The position numbers were made by a program, and so were the translations under genes. The notes under the pieces were generated by a model. It saw nothing but the letters and a program-made list of their open reading frames with translations, was not told the origin of the DNA and made no database searches. A stretch of DNA of 64,000 nucleotides from the human T2T-CHM13v2.0 reference genome, Homo sapiens. The first letter of the stretch is position 1, and every line of letters starts with the position of its first letter. Positions 11,078 to 24,439 of this stretch are shown here, in pieces. The stretch lies in the NCBI RefSeq assembly GCF_009914755.1, contig NC_060947.1, one strand, 5' to 3'.

Positions 11078-13345
11078 TAATATGGTTTGGCTGTGTCCCC
11101 ACCCGAATCTCATCTTGAATTGTACTCCCATAATTCCCACATATCATGGGAGGGACCCAGTGGGAGATAATTGAATCATGGGGGCAGATTCCCCCATACT
11201 TTTCTCGTGGTAGTGAAAAAGTCTCACAAAATCTGATGGTTTTATTAGGGGTTTCTGTTTTTGCATCTTCCTCATTCTCTCTTTGCCTGCAGCCATTCAT
11301 GTAAGACAGGACTTGCTCCTCCTTGCCTTCTGCAATCATTATGAGGCTTCCTCAGCCACATGGAACTGTAAGTTCAATTAAACCTCTTTTGTAAATTGCC
11401 CAGTCTCAGGTATGTCTTGATCAGCAGCATGATAGCAAATGGATACAGGTAACAGTAGAGGGGGGCGTTGCTGAAAAGATACCTGAAAATGTGGAAGTGA
11501 CTTTGGAACTGAGTAGCAGGCAGAGGTTCGAACAGTTTGGAGGGCTCAGAAGAAGAAAGAAAAAGGTGGAAAAGTTTGGAACTTCCTAGAGACTTGTTGA
11601 ATGGCTTTGCCGGAAATGCTTATAGTGATATGGACAATAAGGTTCAGGCTGAGATGGTCTCAGATGAAGATGAGGAACTTGTTGGGAAGTGGAGCAAAAG
11701 TGACTTGTTATGTCTTAGCAAAGAGACTGGCAATATTTTGCCCGTGCCCTAGAGATTTGTGAAACTTTGAACTTGAAAGAAATGATTTAAGGCATCAAGT
11801 GGGTGAAATTTCTAAGCAACAAAGCATTCAAGTGGTGACTTGGGTGCTATTAAAAGCATTCAGTTTTAAAAGGGAAACAGAGCATAAAAGTATGAAAAAT
11901 TTGCAGTCTGATAATGCAATGGAAAAGAAAATCCCATTTTCGAAGGAGAGTTTCAAGCTGGCTACAGAAATTTGCATAAGTAACGAGAAGGCAAATGTTA
12001 ATCCCCAAGACAATGGAGATACATCAGAGGGATATGTCAGAGGTGTTCATGGCAGCCCTTTCCATCACAGGCCTGGAGGTCTAGGAGCAAAAGTGGTTTC
12101 GTGGGCCAGGCCCAGGTTCCCCAAGCTGTGTGCAGCTTAGGGACTTGGTGCCCTGTGTCCTAGCTGCTCCAGCCATGGCTGAAAGGGGCCAACATAGAGT
12201 TTGGGCCATGGCTTCAGATGGTGCAAGCCCCAAGCTTGAGCCTGTGGGTGCACAGAAGTCAAGAATTGAGGTTTGGGAACCTCCACCTAGATTTCAGAAG
12301 ATGTATGGAAATGCTTGGATGCCCAGACAGAAGTTTGCTGCAAGGGCGGACCTCTCCTGGAGAACCTCTGCTAGGGCAGTGCGGAAAAGAAATGTGTGGT
12401 TGGAGCCCCCACACAGAGTCCCCACGGGGCACCACCTAGTGGAGCTGTGAGAAGAGTGCCACCGTCCTCCAGACCCCAGAATATTAGATCCACTGACAGC
12501 CTGGAAAAGCTGCAGACACTCAATGCCAGCCCATGAAAGCAGCCAGGAAAGAAGCTGTGCCTTGCAAAGCCACAGGGGCCGAGCTGCCCAAGACCATGGG
12601 AACCCACTTCTTGCATTAGCATGACCTGGATGTGAGACATGGAGTCAAAGGAGATCATTTTAGAGCTTTAAGATTTAACTTCCCCACTACATTTAGGACT
12701 TGCATGGGCCCTTTAGCCCCCTTATTTTGGCCAATTTCTCCCATTTGGAATAGTTGTATTTACCCAGTGTCTGCACCCCCATTGTATCTAGGAAGTAACT
12801 AACCTGCTTTTGGTTTTACGGGCTCATAGGCGGAAGAGACTTACTTTTTCTTAGATGAGACTTTGGACTGTGGACTTTTGAGTTAATGCTGAAATGAGTT
12901 AGGATTTGGGGGACTGTTGGGAAGGCACAGTTGGTTTTGAAATGTGAAGATGTGGGATTTGGGAGGGGGGAGGGGTGGAATGATATGGTTTGGTTGTGTC
13001 CCCATCCAAATCTCATCCTGAATTATATTCCCATAATTGCCACATGTTGTGGGAGGGACCCATTGAGAGATAACTGAATCATGGGGGCAGTTTCCCCCAT
13101 ACTGTTCTCATGGTATGAGATCACAAGATCTGATGGCTTTACCAGGGATTTCCACTTTTGCATCTTCCTCCTCTCTTTGCCTGCTGCCATCCATGTAAGA
13201 TAAGACTTGCTCCTCCTTGCCTTCTGCCATGATTGTGAGGCTTCCCCAGCCACATGGAACTGTGAGTCCAATTAAATCTCTTTCTTTTGTAAATTGCCTA
13301 GTCTCGGGTATGTCTTTATCAGCCATTTAAAAACAGACTAATGAA
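11078..13345 (+). mobile_element. Complete THE1 (THE1A/B-type) element: LTR-internal-LTR
   Basis: 5' LTR at 11078-~11447, about 1.5 kb THE1-int (ctgaaaagatacctgaaaatgtggaagtgactttggaactg), polypurine tract before the 3' LTR at 12981-13345. Confidence 0.93.
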
Positions 13346-14220
13346 ATCAGTGTGTCTGTTTTTATGCCAGTACTATGCTCTTGTTGTTACTATAGCTCTG
13401 TATAACTACTTTTAACTATAACTACTATAGTTAGAAGTCAGGTAATGTGATTCCTCCAATTTTGGGGTTATTTGTGCTCAGAATAGCTTTGACTATTCTG
13501 TGTCTTTTGGGGTTCCGTATACATTTTAGGATAGTTGATTCTATCTCTGTGAAGAATGTCATAGGTATTTTGATTGGGATTGCATTAAATCTGCAGGTTG
13601 CTTAGGGTAGTATGGACATTTTAACATTATTGATTCTTCCAATCTATAAACATAAACTAACTTTACAGTTTTTTGCATCCTCTTGAATTTCTTCCATCAG
13701 TATTTTATAGTTTTCATTATAGAGATCTTTAACTTCTTTAAGTTAAATCCTAGATATTTAATTTGCTTTTTGGGTATTGTAATTAAAATTACATTTTAAT
13801 TATTTTTCTTAATATTCACTGTTGACATATAGAAATGCTACTGATTTTCCTATGTTGATTTTATGTACAACTTTGCTGAATTCATTTATCAGTTCTAATA
13901 GTTTTCTGGCTGAATTTCTAGGTTTTACTGAATATAAGACCATATCATCTGCAAACAAGGATAATTTGACTTCTTTCTTAACAAGTTGGATGTGCTTTAT
14001 ATCTTTCTCTTGTCTAATTTATCTAGCTAGAATGTCCAGTATTATGTTGAATTACAGTGGTGACAGTGGGCATCCTTGTCCTGTTCCAATTCTTAGAGGA
14101 AAGGTTTTCCATTTTCCCCCATTCGTGATGATACTAGCTGTAGACCTGTCATATGGCTTTTATTATGTTGATGTATGTTCCTTCTGTACCTAGTTTTTTA
14201 GTGTTTTCATAATGAAGGGA

Positions 14221-14307
14221 GTTTCTCAATCTCCCAACCTCAAGTGATCTGCCCACCTCAGGCTCCCAAAGTGCTGGGATTACAGGCGAGAGCCACCGCG
14301 CCTGGCC
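14221..14307 (-). mobile_element. Alu 5' fragment (87 bp), no tail
   Basis: Reverse complement of GGCCAGGCGCGGTGGCTC...GGGAGATTGAGAAAC; flanked by TGAAGGGA direct repeats. Confidence 0.88.
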
Positions 14308-15471
14308 CAGTGAAGGGATGTTGAATATTATTAAATGCTTTTCCAGCATCAATTGAAATAATCACATGGATTTTGTTCTTCATTCTGTGAATATGATGTA
14401 TTACTTGATTATTTTGTGTATGTCAATCTCACCTTGCATTCCTGGGATAAATCCCACTTGATGGATGATCTTTGTAATGTCTCATAGAATTTGGTTTACT
14501 GGTATTTTGTTATTATTTTTTCATCAATATTCATCAGAGATATTGTCCTGTACTTTTATTTTTTCATGTGTCTTTGTCTGGTTTTGATACTGAGGTAATA
14601 CTGGCTTTATAGAATGAGTTTGGAAGTATACTTTTCTCCTCTATTTTTGAAATAGTTTGAGTAAGATTGGTATTAGTTTTACTTTAAATGTTTGGTAGAA
14701 TTCAGCAGTGAAACCATTGAATCTTGGGCTTTTCTTTACTGGGTGACTTTTAACACAATTTTGTTGTTGTCACTTGTTATTGGTCTCTTCAAGTTTAAAT
14801 TTCTCTGTGGTCCAAACTTGGTAGGTTGTATATGTCTAGAAATTTGTCCATTTCCTCTAGATCATCCAACTTATTGGTATATAGTTGCTCATAGTAACCA
14901 CTAATTATACTTTTAATTTCTGTGGTATTGGCTGTAATCTCTCCTTTTTTACTGTTGATCTTATTTGGATTTTCTATCATTTTCTCTTAGTTATTGTGGC
15001 TAAAGTTTTGTCAATTTCATTTACCTTTTAGGAAAAATTTTTCTTTCTTTGATTTTTTGTATTGCTTTCTAGTTTTAATTTCATCTATTTTTGCTCTGAT
15101 CTTTATTTTTTCTACTACTAACCATGAATTTAGTTTGCTCTTGCTCTTCTAGTTCTTTAAGATGCATCATTAGGTTATTTATTTGCAGTTTTACTTCTTT
15201 TTTTAATATGGGCACTTAAAATCATAAATTTATCTTGTAGTTCTGCTTTTGCTGTAATACATAAGTTTTGGTATGCTGTGTTTCCACTAGCATTTGTTTC
15301 AATAAATTTTTCTGTTTTCTTCTTAATTTCTTCTTTGAGTCACTTGCCATTCAGGAACATATTGTTTAATTATCATGTGTTTTTATAGTTTCCAAAATTA
15401 CTCTTGTTATTGATTTCTAGTTTTATTCCATTGTTATCAGAAAAGATGTTTGCTTTTGTTTCAATTTTTTG

Positions 15472-15778
<307 letters not shown>

Positions 15779-18700
15779 AATTTTTTGAATGTTTTAAGAC
15801 TTGTTTTGTGACATAACATATGGGCTATCTTTGAGAATAGTCCATATGCTGAAGAAAAAAACGAGTATTCCGTAGCTCTTCAATGACATGTTCTGTAATC
15901 ATCTATTAAATCCATTTGGGCTATAGAGGACATTCAGTCTAATGTTTCTTTATTGATTTTCTGTCTGGAAGATCTGTCAAATGCTGAAAGTTGGGTGTTG
16001 AATTTTCTAGATATTATTTTATTTCGGTCTCTGTCTTTAGTTCTAACAATATTTGCTTTATATATCTGGGTGCTCCAGTGTTTGGTGCATATACTTTTAC
16101 AATTTTGATGTCCTCTTGCTATGTTGACACCTTCATTACATAATGACTTTCTTTGTCTCTTTATACATTTTTGTCTTAAAGTTTATTTTTTTGTTTGTGT
16201 TATGAGTATAACTACACATGCTCTTTTATGGTTTCCATTGCCATTGAATATCTTTTTCATCTCTTTATTTTCAGTTTATATGTGTCTTTATTGGAGAAGT
16301 GTGTTTCCAGTAGGCAACAAATCACTGGATCTTGTATTTTTATCCATTTTATGTCTTTTTATTGGAGGGTTCAGTTAATTTACATTAAATATTATTGAGA
16401 AGTAAGAACTTCCTCCTGCCATTTAGTTATTTGTTTTCTGATGATTTTGTCACCTTCTCTTCCTTTTTCTCTTCCTCTCTGTCTTCCTTTTAGTGAAGGT
16501 AATTTTCTTTTGTGGTATGACAATTTAATTTCTTGCTTTTCATTTTTTTGAGTATTCATTTTTTTTTATTTGTGGTTACCATGAGTCTTGCAAATAATGT
16601 CTTATAACCTATTATTTTAAAGTGATGGCAACTCAACACTGATTGCATAAACATCTTAACAAACAAGCAAAATAAAAAACTTATAAAAACCTTACTCTTT
16701 AACTTCACCTACCCCCCATTTATAAGTTTTTGTTTTTTTCCATTTGTATCTTATTGTACTGTCTATGTCTTGAAAAGTTGTAGTATTATTTTTGACTGGT
16801 TATTCTGTTAGTCTTTCTACTTGAGATATGAATAGATTACACATCACAATTACAGTGTTATTATATTTGGTGATTTTCTATGTACTTACTATTTCCAATG
16901 AGTTTTATACCTTCAGATGATTTATTATTTCTGATTAATGTAATTCTATTTCAGACTGAAAAACTCTCTTTAGCATTTCCTGTAAGTCATATCTGGTGTT
17001 TATGAAATCCCTCAAAGTTTCTTTGTCTGGAAAGCCTTTTTTTCTCTTTCATGTTTGAAGAATATTTTTACCAGATATACTATTCCAGGGTAAAAGTTTG
17101 TTGTTTGTTTGTTTGTTTTTTCTTGCTTCAGCACTTTAAATATGTCATGCCAATCTCTCCTGGCCTATAGGGTGTCCACTGGAATGTCTGCTTGCAGACA
17201 TAATGGAGCTCCATTGTATGTAATTTTTTTCTTTTCTCTTGCTGCTTTTAGAAACCTTTCTTTATCTTTGACTTTTGGGAATTTGATTATTAAATCCCTT
17301 GAGGTAGTGTTTTTGTGTTAAATCTGCTTGGTGTTCTGTAACCTTTTTGTATTTGGATACCAATATCTTTCTCTAGATTTGGGAAGATATCTGTTACCAT
17401 CACTTTGAGTAAACTTTCAACCCCTATCTCTTTCTCTACCTCCTTTTTAAGGCCAATAACTCCTAGATTTGCCGTTTTGAGGCTATTTTCTAGATATTGT
17501 AGACATGCTTTATTGTTTTTTATTTTTGTTTTACCTCCTCTGACTTTATTTTCAAATAGCCTGTTTTCAATTTCACTAATTGTTCTTCTGCTTGATCAAT
17601 TTTGCTATTAAGAGCCTCTGACACATTAGTCAGTATGTCAATTGCATTTTTCAATCTTAGAATTTCTGCTTGATGCTTTTTAATTATTTCAATTTCTTTG
17701 TTACATTTATCTGATATAACTAAATTTCTTCTTGGTATTATATTGGGTTTCCTTGAGTTTCCTCAAAACAGCTATTTTGAATTATCTGTTTGAAATTTCA
17801 CATATCTCTGTTTATCCAGGGTTGGTCTCTGATGCCTTGTTTAGTTCCTTTGGTGAGGTCATGATGACTGTCTTGATGCTTGTGGATGTTCACCAGTGTC
17901 TGAGCATTGAAGAGTTTGGTATTTATCATAGGCTTCACAGTGTAGAGTTGTTTTTGTTTATCTCTTCTGAGAAGGCTTTCCAGATATTCAAAGGGACTTG
18001 GGCCTCAAGCTCAATAATTCAGTGGTTCTTGTAGACTCATAAAGGTACCACCTTGATGTTCTTGGATAAGATGCAGAAGAATTATCTGGATTATAGGGAG
18101 ATACTCTTGTCCTCTTTCCTCACTTTCTCCCAAACAATCTCTTTGTGTGCTACGCTGCTTGGAGCTGGGTGTGGGTTACCATACACACCACTGTCACCAC
18201 CGTGACTGGGATTGTGCTGCGTCAAACCTGAAGACAGCACAGCACTGGGTCTCACCCGAGGCCCACTGTTAGTACTACCTGGCTACTGACTATGTTCACT
18301 CAAGACCCTAAGTCTCTACAATCAGCAAATGGGGAAGCCAGCCAAATTTCTGTCCTTCCTTTCAGAATGGCAAGTCCCCCCAGGCCCCATGCAGGTCTAG
18401 AAATTTTGTCTGGGAGCCAGGGATTGGATTCAAAAACCTTAGAAATCTCCCTGGTGTTCTATTCCTTTGCAGTTATGCTGGCTCTCAAACCACAAGACAA
18501 AATCCTTCCTGCTCTTTTCTCCCCTTTTTCCAGGCACAGGAGCCTCTCCCAGTGGCCATCACCACCACCAGCACACGGGGAATTTGCCAGGCAACCACTA
18601 CTGCTCACTTAACATTCCAAGGGCTCTTCAGTCAGCTTGTGGTGAATGCCGCCAGGCCTGGGATTCACTCTACAGTGAAATAATCACCCCTGAGTCCCAG

Positions 18701-19894
18701 GGAATGTCCAGAAATACTGCTCAGGAGCCTAGGCCTGGACTTGGAGACTGCAAAAGCCCACTTAGCATTCTACCCCACTGGGGCTGAGCTGGTAGGTACC
18801 TAAGGTGCAAGACAAAGTTCCCTTCACTTTTCTCTCTGATTTTCTCATGCAGAAGAAGTCTTTCACTATAACCAACATAGCCTGAAATGTGCTGGGTTTT
18901 ACCTGAATCCAGCACATCTCGGCCTCACTAAAGACCCATGGCATACTACCTGGGTATCACTCTTGGTTATTCAGGCCCCAAGGGCTCTTCAATCAGCAGA
19001 TGGTGAATTCTGCAAGGACCAGGTAATTTTCTTCAAGTCAGTGGGTTACCTTCTGGTCCCAGGTGTGTCTAGAAATGTCTTCTTGGAGGTAGGGCCTAGA
19101 ATGGGGACCTCATGAATCTGCCCAGTACCAGTACCCTATCCTATTGTGTCTGTGATCCAAGATGCAAGACAAAGTCCTCTTTACCCTTTCCTCTCCTTTC
19201 CTCAAGCAGAAGGAAGAAGTCACTTTTGTTGGTGTAAGCTGTGCTGCCTGGGGTTGGGAAAGAGGTGTCACAAGCATTTCTTTAGCCTCTCTATACCTAG
19301 GTCATGTCCCATCATAGTCTGCTGACTCTAAATCCAGACCAGCACTAGGACATGCCTAGTAACTGCAGTCCTTGTGTCTTTGACTGCCTTTCAAGTTTAC
19401 CTTGGACCCCAGAGCCCTTTATCCCACAGTGGCAAGGCTTGCTGAGAAATTCAAGTTTCTATCTCTGAGATAGATAATTCCCCTCTGGCAGGACTGATCC
19501 AAATGCTCCCTCCATGAGTGAGTGCTGGCTGAATCCAGCATGGCTTTGCTCTCTGCTGTGACAAGGCAGCACTGAGTTCAATGCCAATTCCTCCGGTCAT
19601 TGTGTTCTCTCTCCCACAAGTGCACAGATTCTCTCTGCGTTCCATGTGGTCCTTGCTAAAGGATGGGGGAGGTGTAGCATCAGTGACCCAAGACTGTCTT
19701 TCCTACCCTCTTCAGAGTCTCTTTCAGCAATAGAAAGTTAAAACTGGGTACTCTGATTGCTCGCTTGATTTTTGCTTCTTATGATGATGCATTTCTGTGT
19801 AGTTGTTAAAATTTGGTGTTCATGAAAGAGTGGATGATAAGTGGAGGCTTCTATTCAGCCATCTTGCTCTGCCCCGTGCTTCTTTCTTTGACAT

Positions 19895-20290
19895 TGTATT
19901 CTTCAGTTCTCACATTGCTATAAAGGAATGCCCGAGACTGGGTAATTTATAAAGAAAAGAGGTTTAATTGGCTCATGATTCCACAGTCTGTACAGGAAGT
20001 GTCACAGCATCTGCTCAGCTTCTGGGGAGGCCTCAGGAAACTTACAATCATGACAGAAGGCACATGGGGAGCCAGCACTTGACATGGCTAGAGTAGGAGG
20101 ACGGCTGGGGAAAGTGCCACACACTTTTAAATAACCAGATCTCATGAGAACTTATTCACTATCACAAGAACAGCACCAAGGGAGAAATCTGTCCCCATAA
20201 TTCAACACCTCCCACCAGCTTCAAACTCCTACATTGGGGATTACAATTCGACATGAGATTTAGGTGGCAACATAGATCCAAACCATATCA
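19895..20290 (-). mobile_element. MSTA/MSTB-like solo LTR
   Basis: TGTATT...CAAACCATATCA; TSD gacat/gacac. Confidence 0.88.
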
Positions 20291-20539
20291 GACACAAAAG
20301 ATCAACAGAAGTCAAGCTAACTCTTATTTTCTTCTTACTTATTATCTCTGAATTATAACTTCTCAAGAATAGAGAAAGGGCAAGGATTAATTACAAATTT
20401 TGGCTCAAACATCACATTATGATAGCTGAGCTGAGCATAAAGAAAGTAACTTAAAATATTATTTTTCAACTCCAGCTGGGAAGCAGTCTCATACAGAATA
20501 AGATTTTTCTATGATATCTGATATAATTTACCACTCTAT

Positions 20540-21270
20540 TTTGTCTGAAAATGGTCTCTTGTTTTAGGCTTCCTTGATAACACACTGTTCTGGTTCTTTT
20601 CCTACATTTGACCATTTGTGGAAGGTTTCTTTCTTGACTGTTTGCCATATTTTTTTTCCGTTCAACGCAAGTGTTCTTTAGGGTTTTATCTTCAATTCCC
20701 GTCTCACTCAATATAATGTCCCCTGATAAATTCATTTACTATTAATGTTTCAACCACCAATATGCTGACATTCAGAAATCCTTAACCCTTTCTACCCCCA
20801 GATCTGTTTCCTAATATTCAGACAAAAAAGAAAAACCTGCAATTTGACATTTCATACTTGAATATACCACAGGCTTTTCAAGGTTAGTATGTCAAAAAGT
20901 AATCTCATCATCACAACATCCTCCCTAATAGGTCTTATGTTTTCCTGTCTCTCACATCCTCATTCATGTTTCTACTATCTTAGGTCAGAAACTTCAGAGT
21001 CATTCCAAATTTTTTTTACCTCAACCCCTGCTCAGACACCTGAGTCAACATCCTTCCCCTTGCTTATACCTTCTCTTTTTCACTCCCAATGCCTTAGGCC
21101 AGGCCTATATATTATTTTGCAGAGATGATTGCAATAATTTCCTAACTTGTCTTTTAGATTCAATTTTACACCTATCCAATCCAATCTTTATATCTTCTTA
21201 GAAGTAATCTATATACAATGTACATCTGACAATGTCATTTTCCACTTAAACCCTTTAATGACACCATTCA
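20540..21270 (+). mobile_element. L2 relic
   Basis: ggcttccttgataacacactgttctggttc, ttgcaataatttcctaacttgtct and tctgacaatgtcattttccacttaaaccc are L2-like motifs. Confidence 0.6.
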
Positions 21271-22162
21271 TAAAGCTTCTTCTAATCTAACTCTAAGGTA
21301 AAAATAACCATCCTCTTCATTAAAATCGCTACTATATTTGTGCTCTTTTGATGTTTTTATTGTAAGCCTGTAATTATTTTTTGTTTCCACTTGTTTACAT
21401 GAGTTGGGAACTTTTAACTCAGAGAGTGATTTTATGTTTTTGTGATTCCTCTGCATTGGAAATTGAAGTAATTAGATAATTCAAAGATTTTAGTGAGAAA
21501 ATAAATTAATTCAATGAAAATAAACTAACATAAAACCCACAAGCAAGCCAGTTATTTTACACTAAATCAAGCATATTAAAATGACTAGTTTTTCTGTTTT
21601 TATACCCCTCCAAACATGATGCTGGTTACAGAGAACCTGAGAAAACATATTAGTAGAAAGTGAGGACAAAGAAGTTGAAGATAGTTTTAGAAAATGAGAT
21701 ATAAATAAATAAATAAGAATAAAATGAAATCAGAACATACTTAAGCCAGGCTCCCTTTACCAGCTTGATCAGATCCTCACAATCAAACAAATTGAGAGGA
21801 TAACACTCATCTTTCAGGCATAAATTCCACTTTTATTTGAGTTATTCAAATGATCCAAGCTGAAACCTGTGTTTGGCTTAAACTGGTAATACAGTCAACC
21901 ACTCCCCTTGATTTGAGAAAACACTAGGGAAGAGGGCTTAGCGAATTATAATCAATCATTCTTCTTTGTTCGCTTATGATAATTAGTGATTTTCTTAGAA
22001 ATGTATTTAAATGTATTTTAAATGTAAACAATAACATGCTCTCAGATTAACTCAAATGAAATATTAGATTCCCACTGTAATGCCAAACTGTTTCCTTCTA
22101 GCTTTCTAAGGCAAACATGAGCTTAGCCAATATGTTGTCACTTAAAATAATTTATTAAACTA

Positions 22163-22507
<345 letters not shown>

Positions 22508-22547
22508 TTAATTCTAATTATATTAGTGTGTTATGTCCAAATTATAA

Positions 22548-22776
22548 CTTTTTTAAGAGACATGTTCTTTCTCATTCAGGCTGGAGTGCAGTGGTACAAA
22601 CATAGTTCACTGTAATCCCAAACTTCTGGGCTCAAGCCACCATGCCTGGCTAATTTTTTAAAGACAGGGTCTCACTATGTTGCTCAAGTTTGTCTTGAAC
22701 TCCTAACCTCAAGTGATCTTTCCACCTCCAGCTCCCAAAACCTGGGATTACAGGTGTGGGCTGCTGCACCCAGCCC
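22548..22776 (-). mobile_element. AluJ-like SINE, internally deleted
   Basis: ggctggagtgcagtggtacaaacatagttcactg...gggattacaggtgtg; flanked by CCAAATTATAA repeats. Confidence 0.85.
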
Positions 22777-23197
22777 CCAAATTATAATTATTAGAACAGT
22801 GTCAATATCCCAGAATGTTTTCTTTTTTAACTTTTATTTTAGGTTCAGTGGTGCATGTGCAGGTTTGTTACACAGGTAAACTGCATGTCATGAGGGTTTG
22901 TTGCACAAATTATTTTGTCACGCAGGTAACAAGCATAGGACCACATGGGTGTTTTTTCTGATCCCCTCCTTCCTCTCACTCTACACCCTCAAGGAGGCCC
23001 CAGTTTCTGTTGTTCCCCTCTTCGTGTCTGTATGTTCTCATTGTTTACCCCCCAGTTATAAGTGAGAACATGTGGTATTTGGTTTTCTGTAGCTGCATTA
23101 AAATAATAGTTTGCTTAAAATAATGGCCACCAGCTCTATCCATGTTGCTGCACAGGACATGATCTCATTCCTTTCAACGTCTGCATAATATTTCATT

Positions 23198-23410
23198 TAT
23201 ATATATATATATATATATATATGCATGTATATATATACATGCATATATATGCATGTATATATATACATGCATATATATGCATGTATATATATACATGTAT
23301 ATATATGCATGTATATATATGCATGTATATATATACACGCATATATATGTGTATATATATACGTGTATATATACATGTATATATATGTGTGTGTATATAT
23401 ATATATACAT
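23198..23410. repeat. Alternating purine-pyrimidine (TA/TGCA/TACA) micro/minisatellite
   Basis: 213 bp of strict R/Y alternation with a repeated 28-bp unit atgcatgtatatatatacatgcatatat. Confidence 0.95.
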
Positions 23411-23701
23411 TTTCTTTAGTCTTCCATTGATAGGCATTAAGTCAATTCCATGTCTTTGCTATTATAAACAGGGCTGCAATGAACATATGCGTGCATGTGT
23501 CATTAAGGTAGGATGATTTATATTCCTTTGGGTATATAGCCAATAATGGGATTGCCGGGTCAAGTGGTAATTCTGTTTTAAGTTCTTTGAAAAATCGCCA
23601 CTTTGCTTTCCACAGTGGCTGAACTAGTTTACACTCCCAGCAGCAGTGTATAAGTGTTCGCTTTTCAGTGCAACCTCGGCAGCATCTTGCTTGCACCTTG
23701 C

Positions 23702-24003
23702 CTGGGGCCTACTTGAGGATGGAGTATGGGAGGAGAGAGAGAATCAGAAAAAATACTTATCTGGTCCTATGCTTATTACCTGGGGGACAAAATGGTCTGT
23801 CCACCACACCCCCGTGGCGCATAGTTTACGTATGTAACAAACCCCCACACACACCCCTGAACCTAAAATAAAAGTTAAAAAATAAAACTTTCTGGACATA
23901 TTGACATCTTTCTAGTAATTATAATTTGGGGGCTAGGTGTGGTAGCCCACACCTGTAGTCCCAGAACATTCACTGGCCAAGGTGGGAGGTTCACTTGAGG
24001 TCA
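23702..24003 (+). repeat. Inverted copy of 22704-23003 (L1 3' end + unique spacer + AluJ head)
   Basis: tattgacatctttctagtaattataatttgggggctaggtg is the diverged reverse complement of cacccagcccccaaattataattattagaacagtgtcaata. Confidence 0.88.
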
Positions 24004-24439
24004 GTTCTCTTTTGACCTCCTAGTAATAGCCATTCTGGCTGGTGTGAGATGGTATCTCATTGTGGTTTTGATTTGCATTTCTCTAATCATTAGTGATGTT
24101 AAGCATTTTTTTTTTCATATGCTTTTTGGCCCAGTATGTCATCTTTTGAAAACTGTCTGTTCTTGTCCTTTGCCCAGTTTTTAATGGGGCTGTTTGTTTT
24201 TTGCTTGTACATTTGTTTATAGAATGTTTTATTAAAAGGTCACTTTTATTTCTTGTATTTTATATTCTAGCTTGCTATTTTTTTTGTCTTTTGGGGACTT
24301 GTATGCATACAGTAGTAACTCCATGGCATTCTTTTTTAAGCCTAAGCTTTAGTGGATACTGAATAATGCTTAGGAAGGAATGAAAACTAGGATAAAGAAA
24401 GAAAAGACTGAAGAAAGACTTTTTTTAAAGTTTCCAATG

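Larger units (their letters stand above)
22822..24220 (-). mobile_element. 5'-truncated L1PA15/16-like element
   Basis: aacttttattttaggttcag 3' end; TSD AGAATGTTTT at 22812-22821 and 24221-24230; interrupted by a microsatellite and an inverted duplication. Confidence 0.85.

Noticed and set aside
11537-12658. Cluster of 60-113-aa ORFs
   Set aside because: Broken reading frames of the THE1 internal region
18290-19200. Recurring caagacaaa(g/a)t(t/c)c blocks resembling a repeat array
   Set aside because: Degenerate internal repeats of the old L1M 5'UTR; no CRISPR-like regularity, and the sequence is eukaryotic
23174-23516. Overlapping Y/I/H/M-rich ORFs
   Set aside because: Translations of the TA-rich microsatellite
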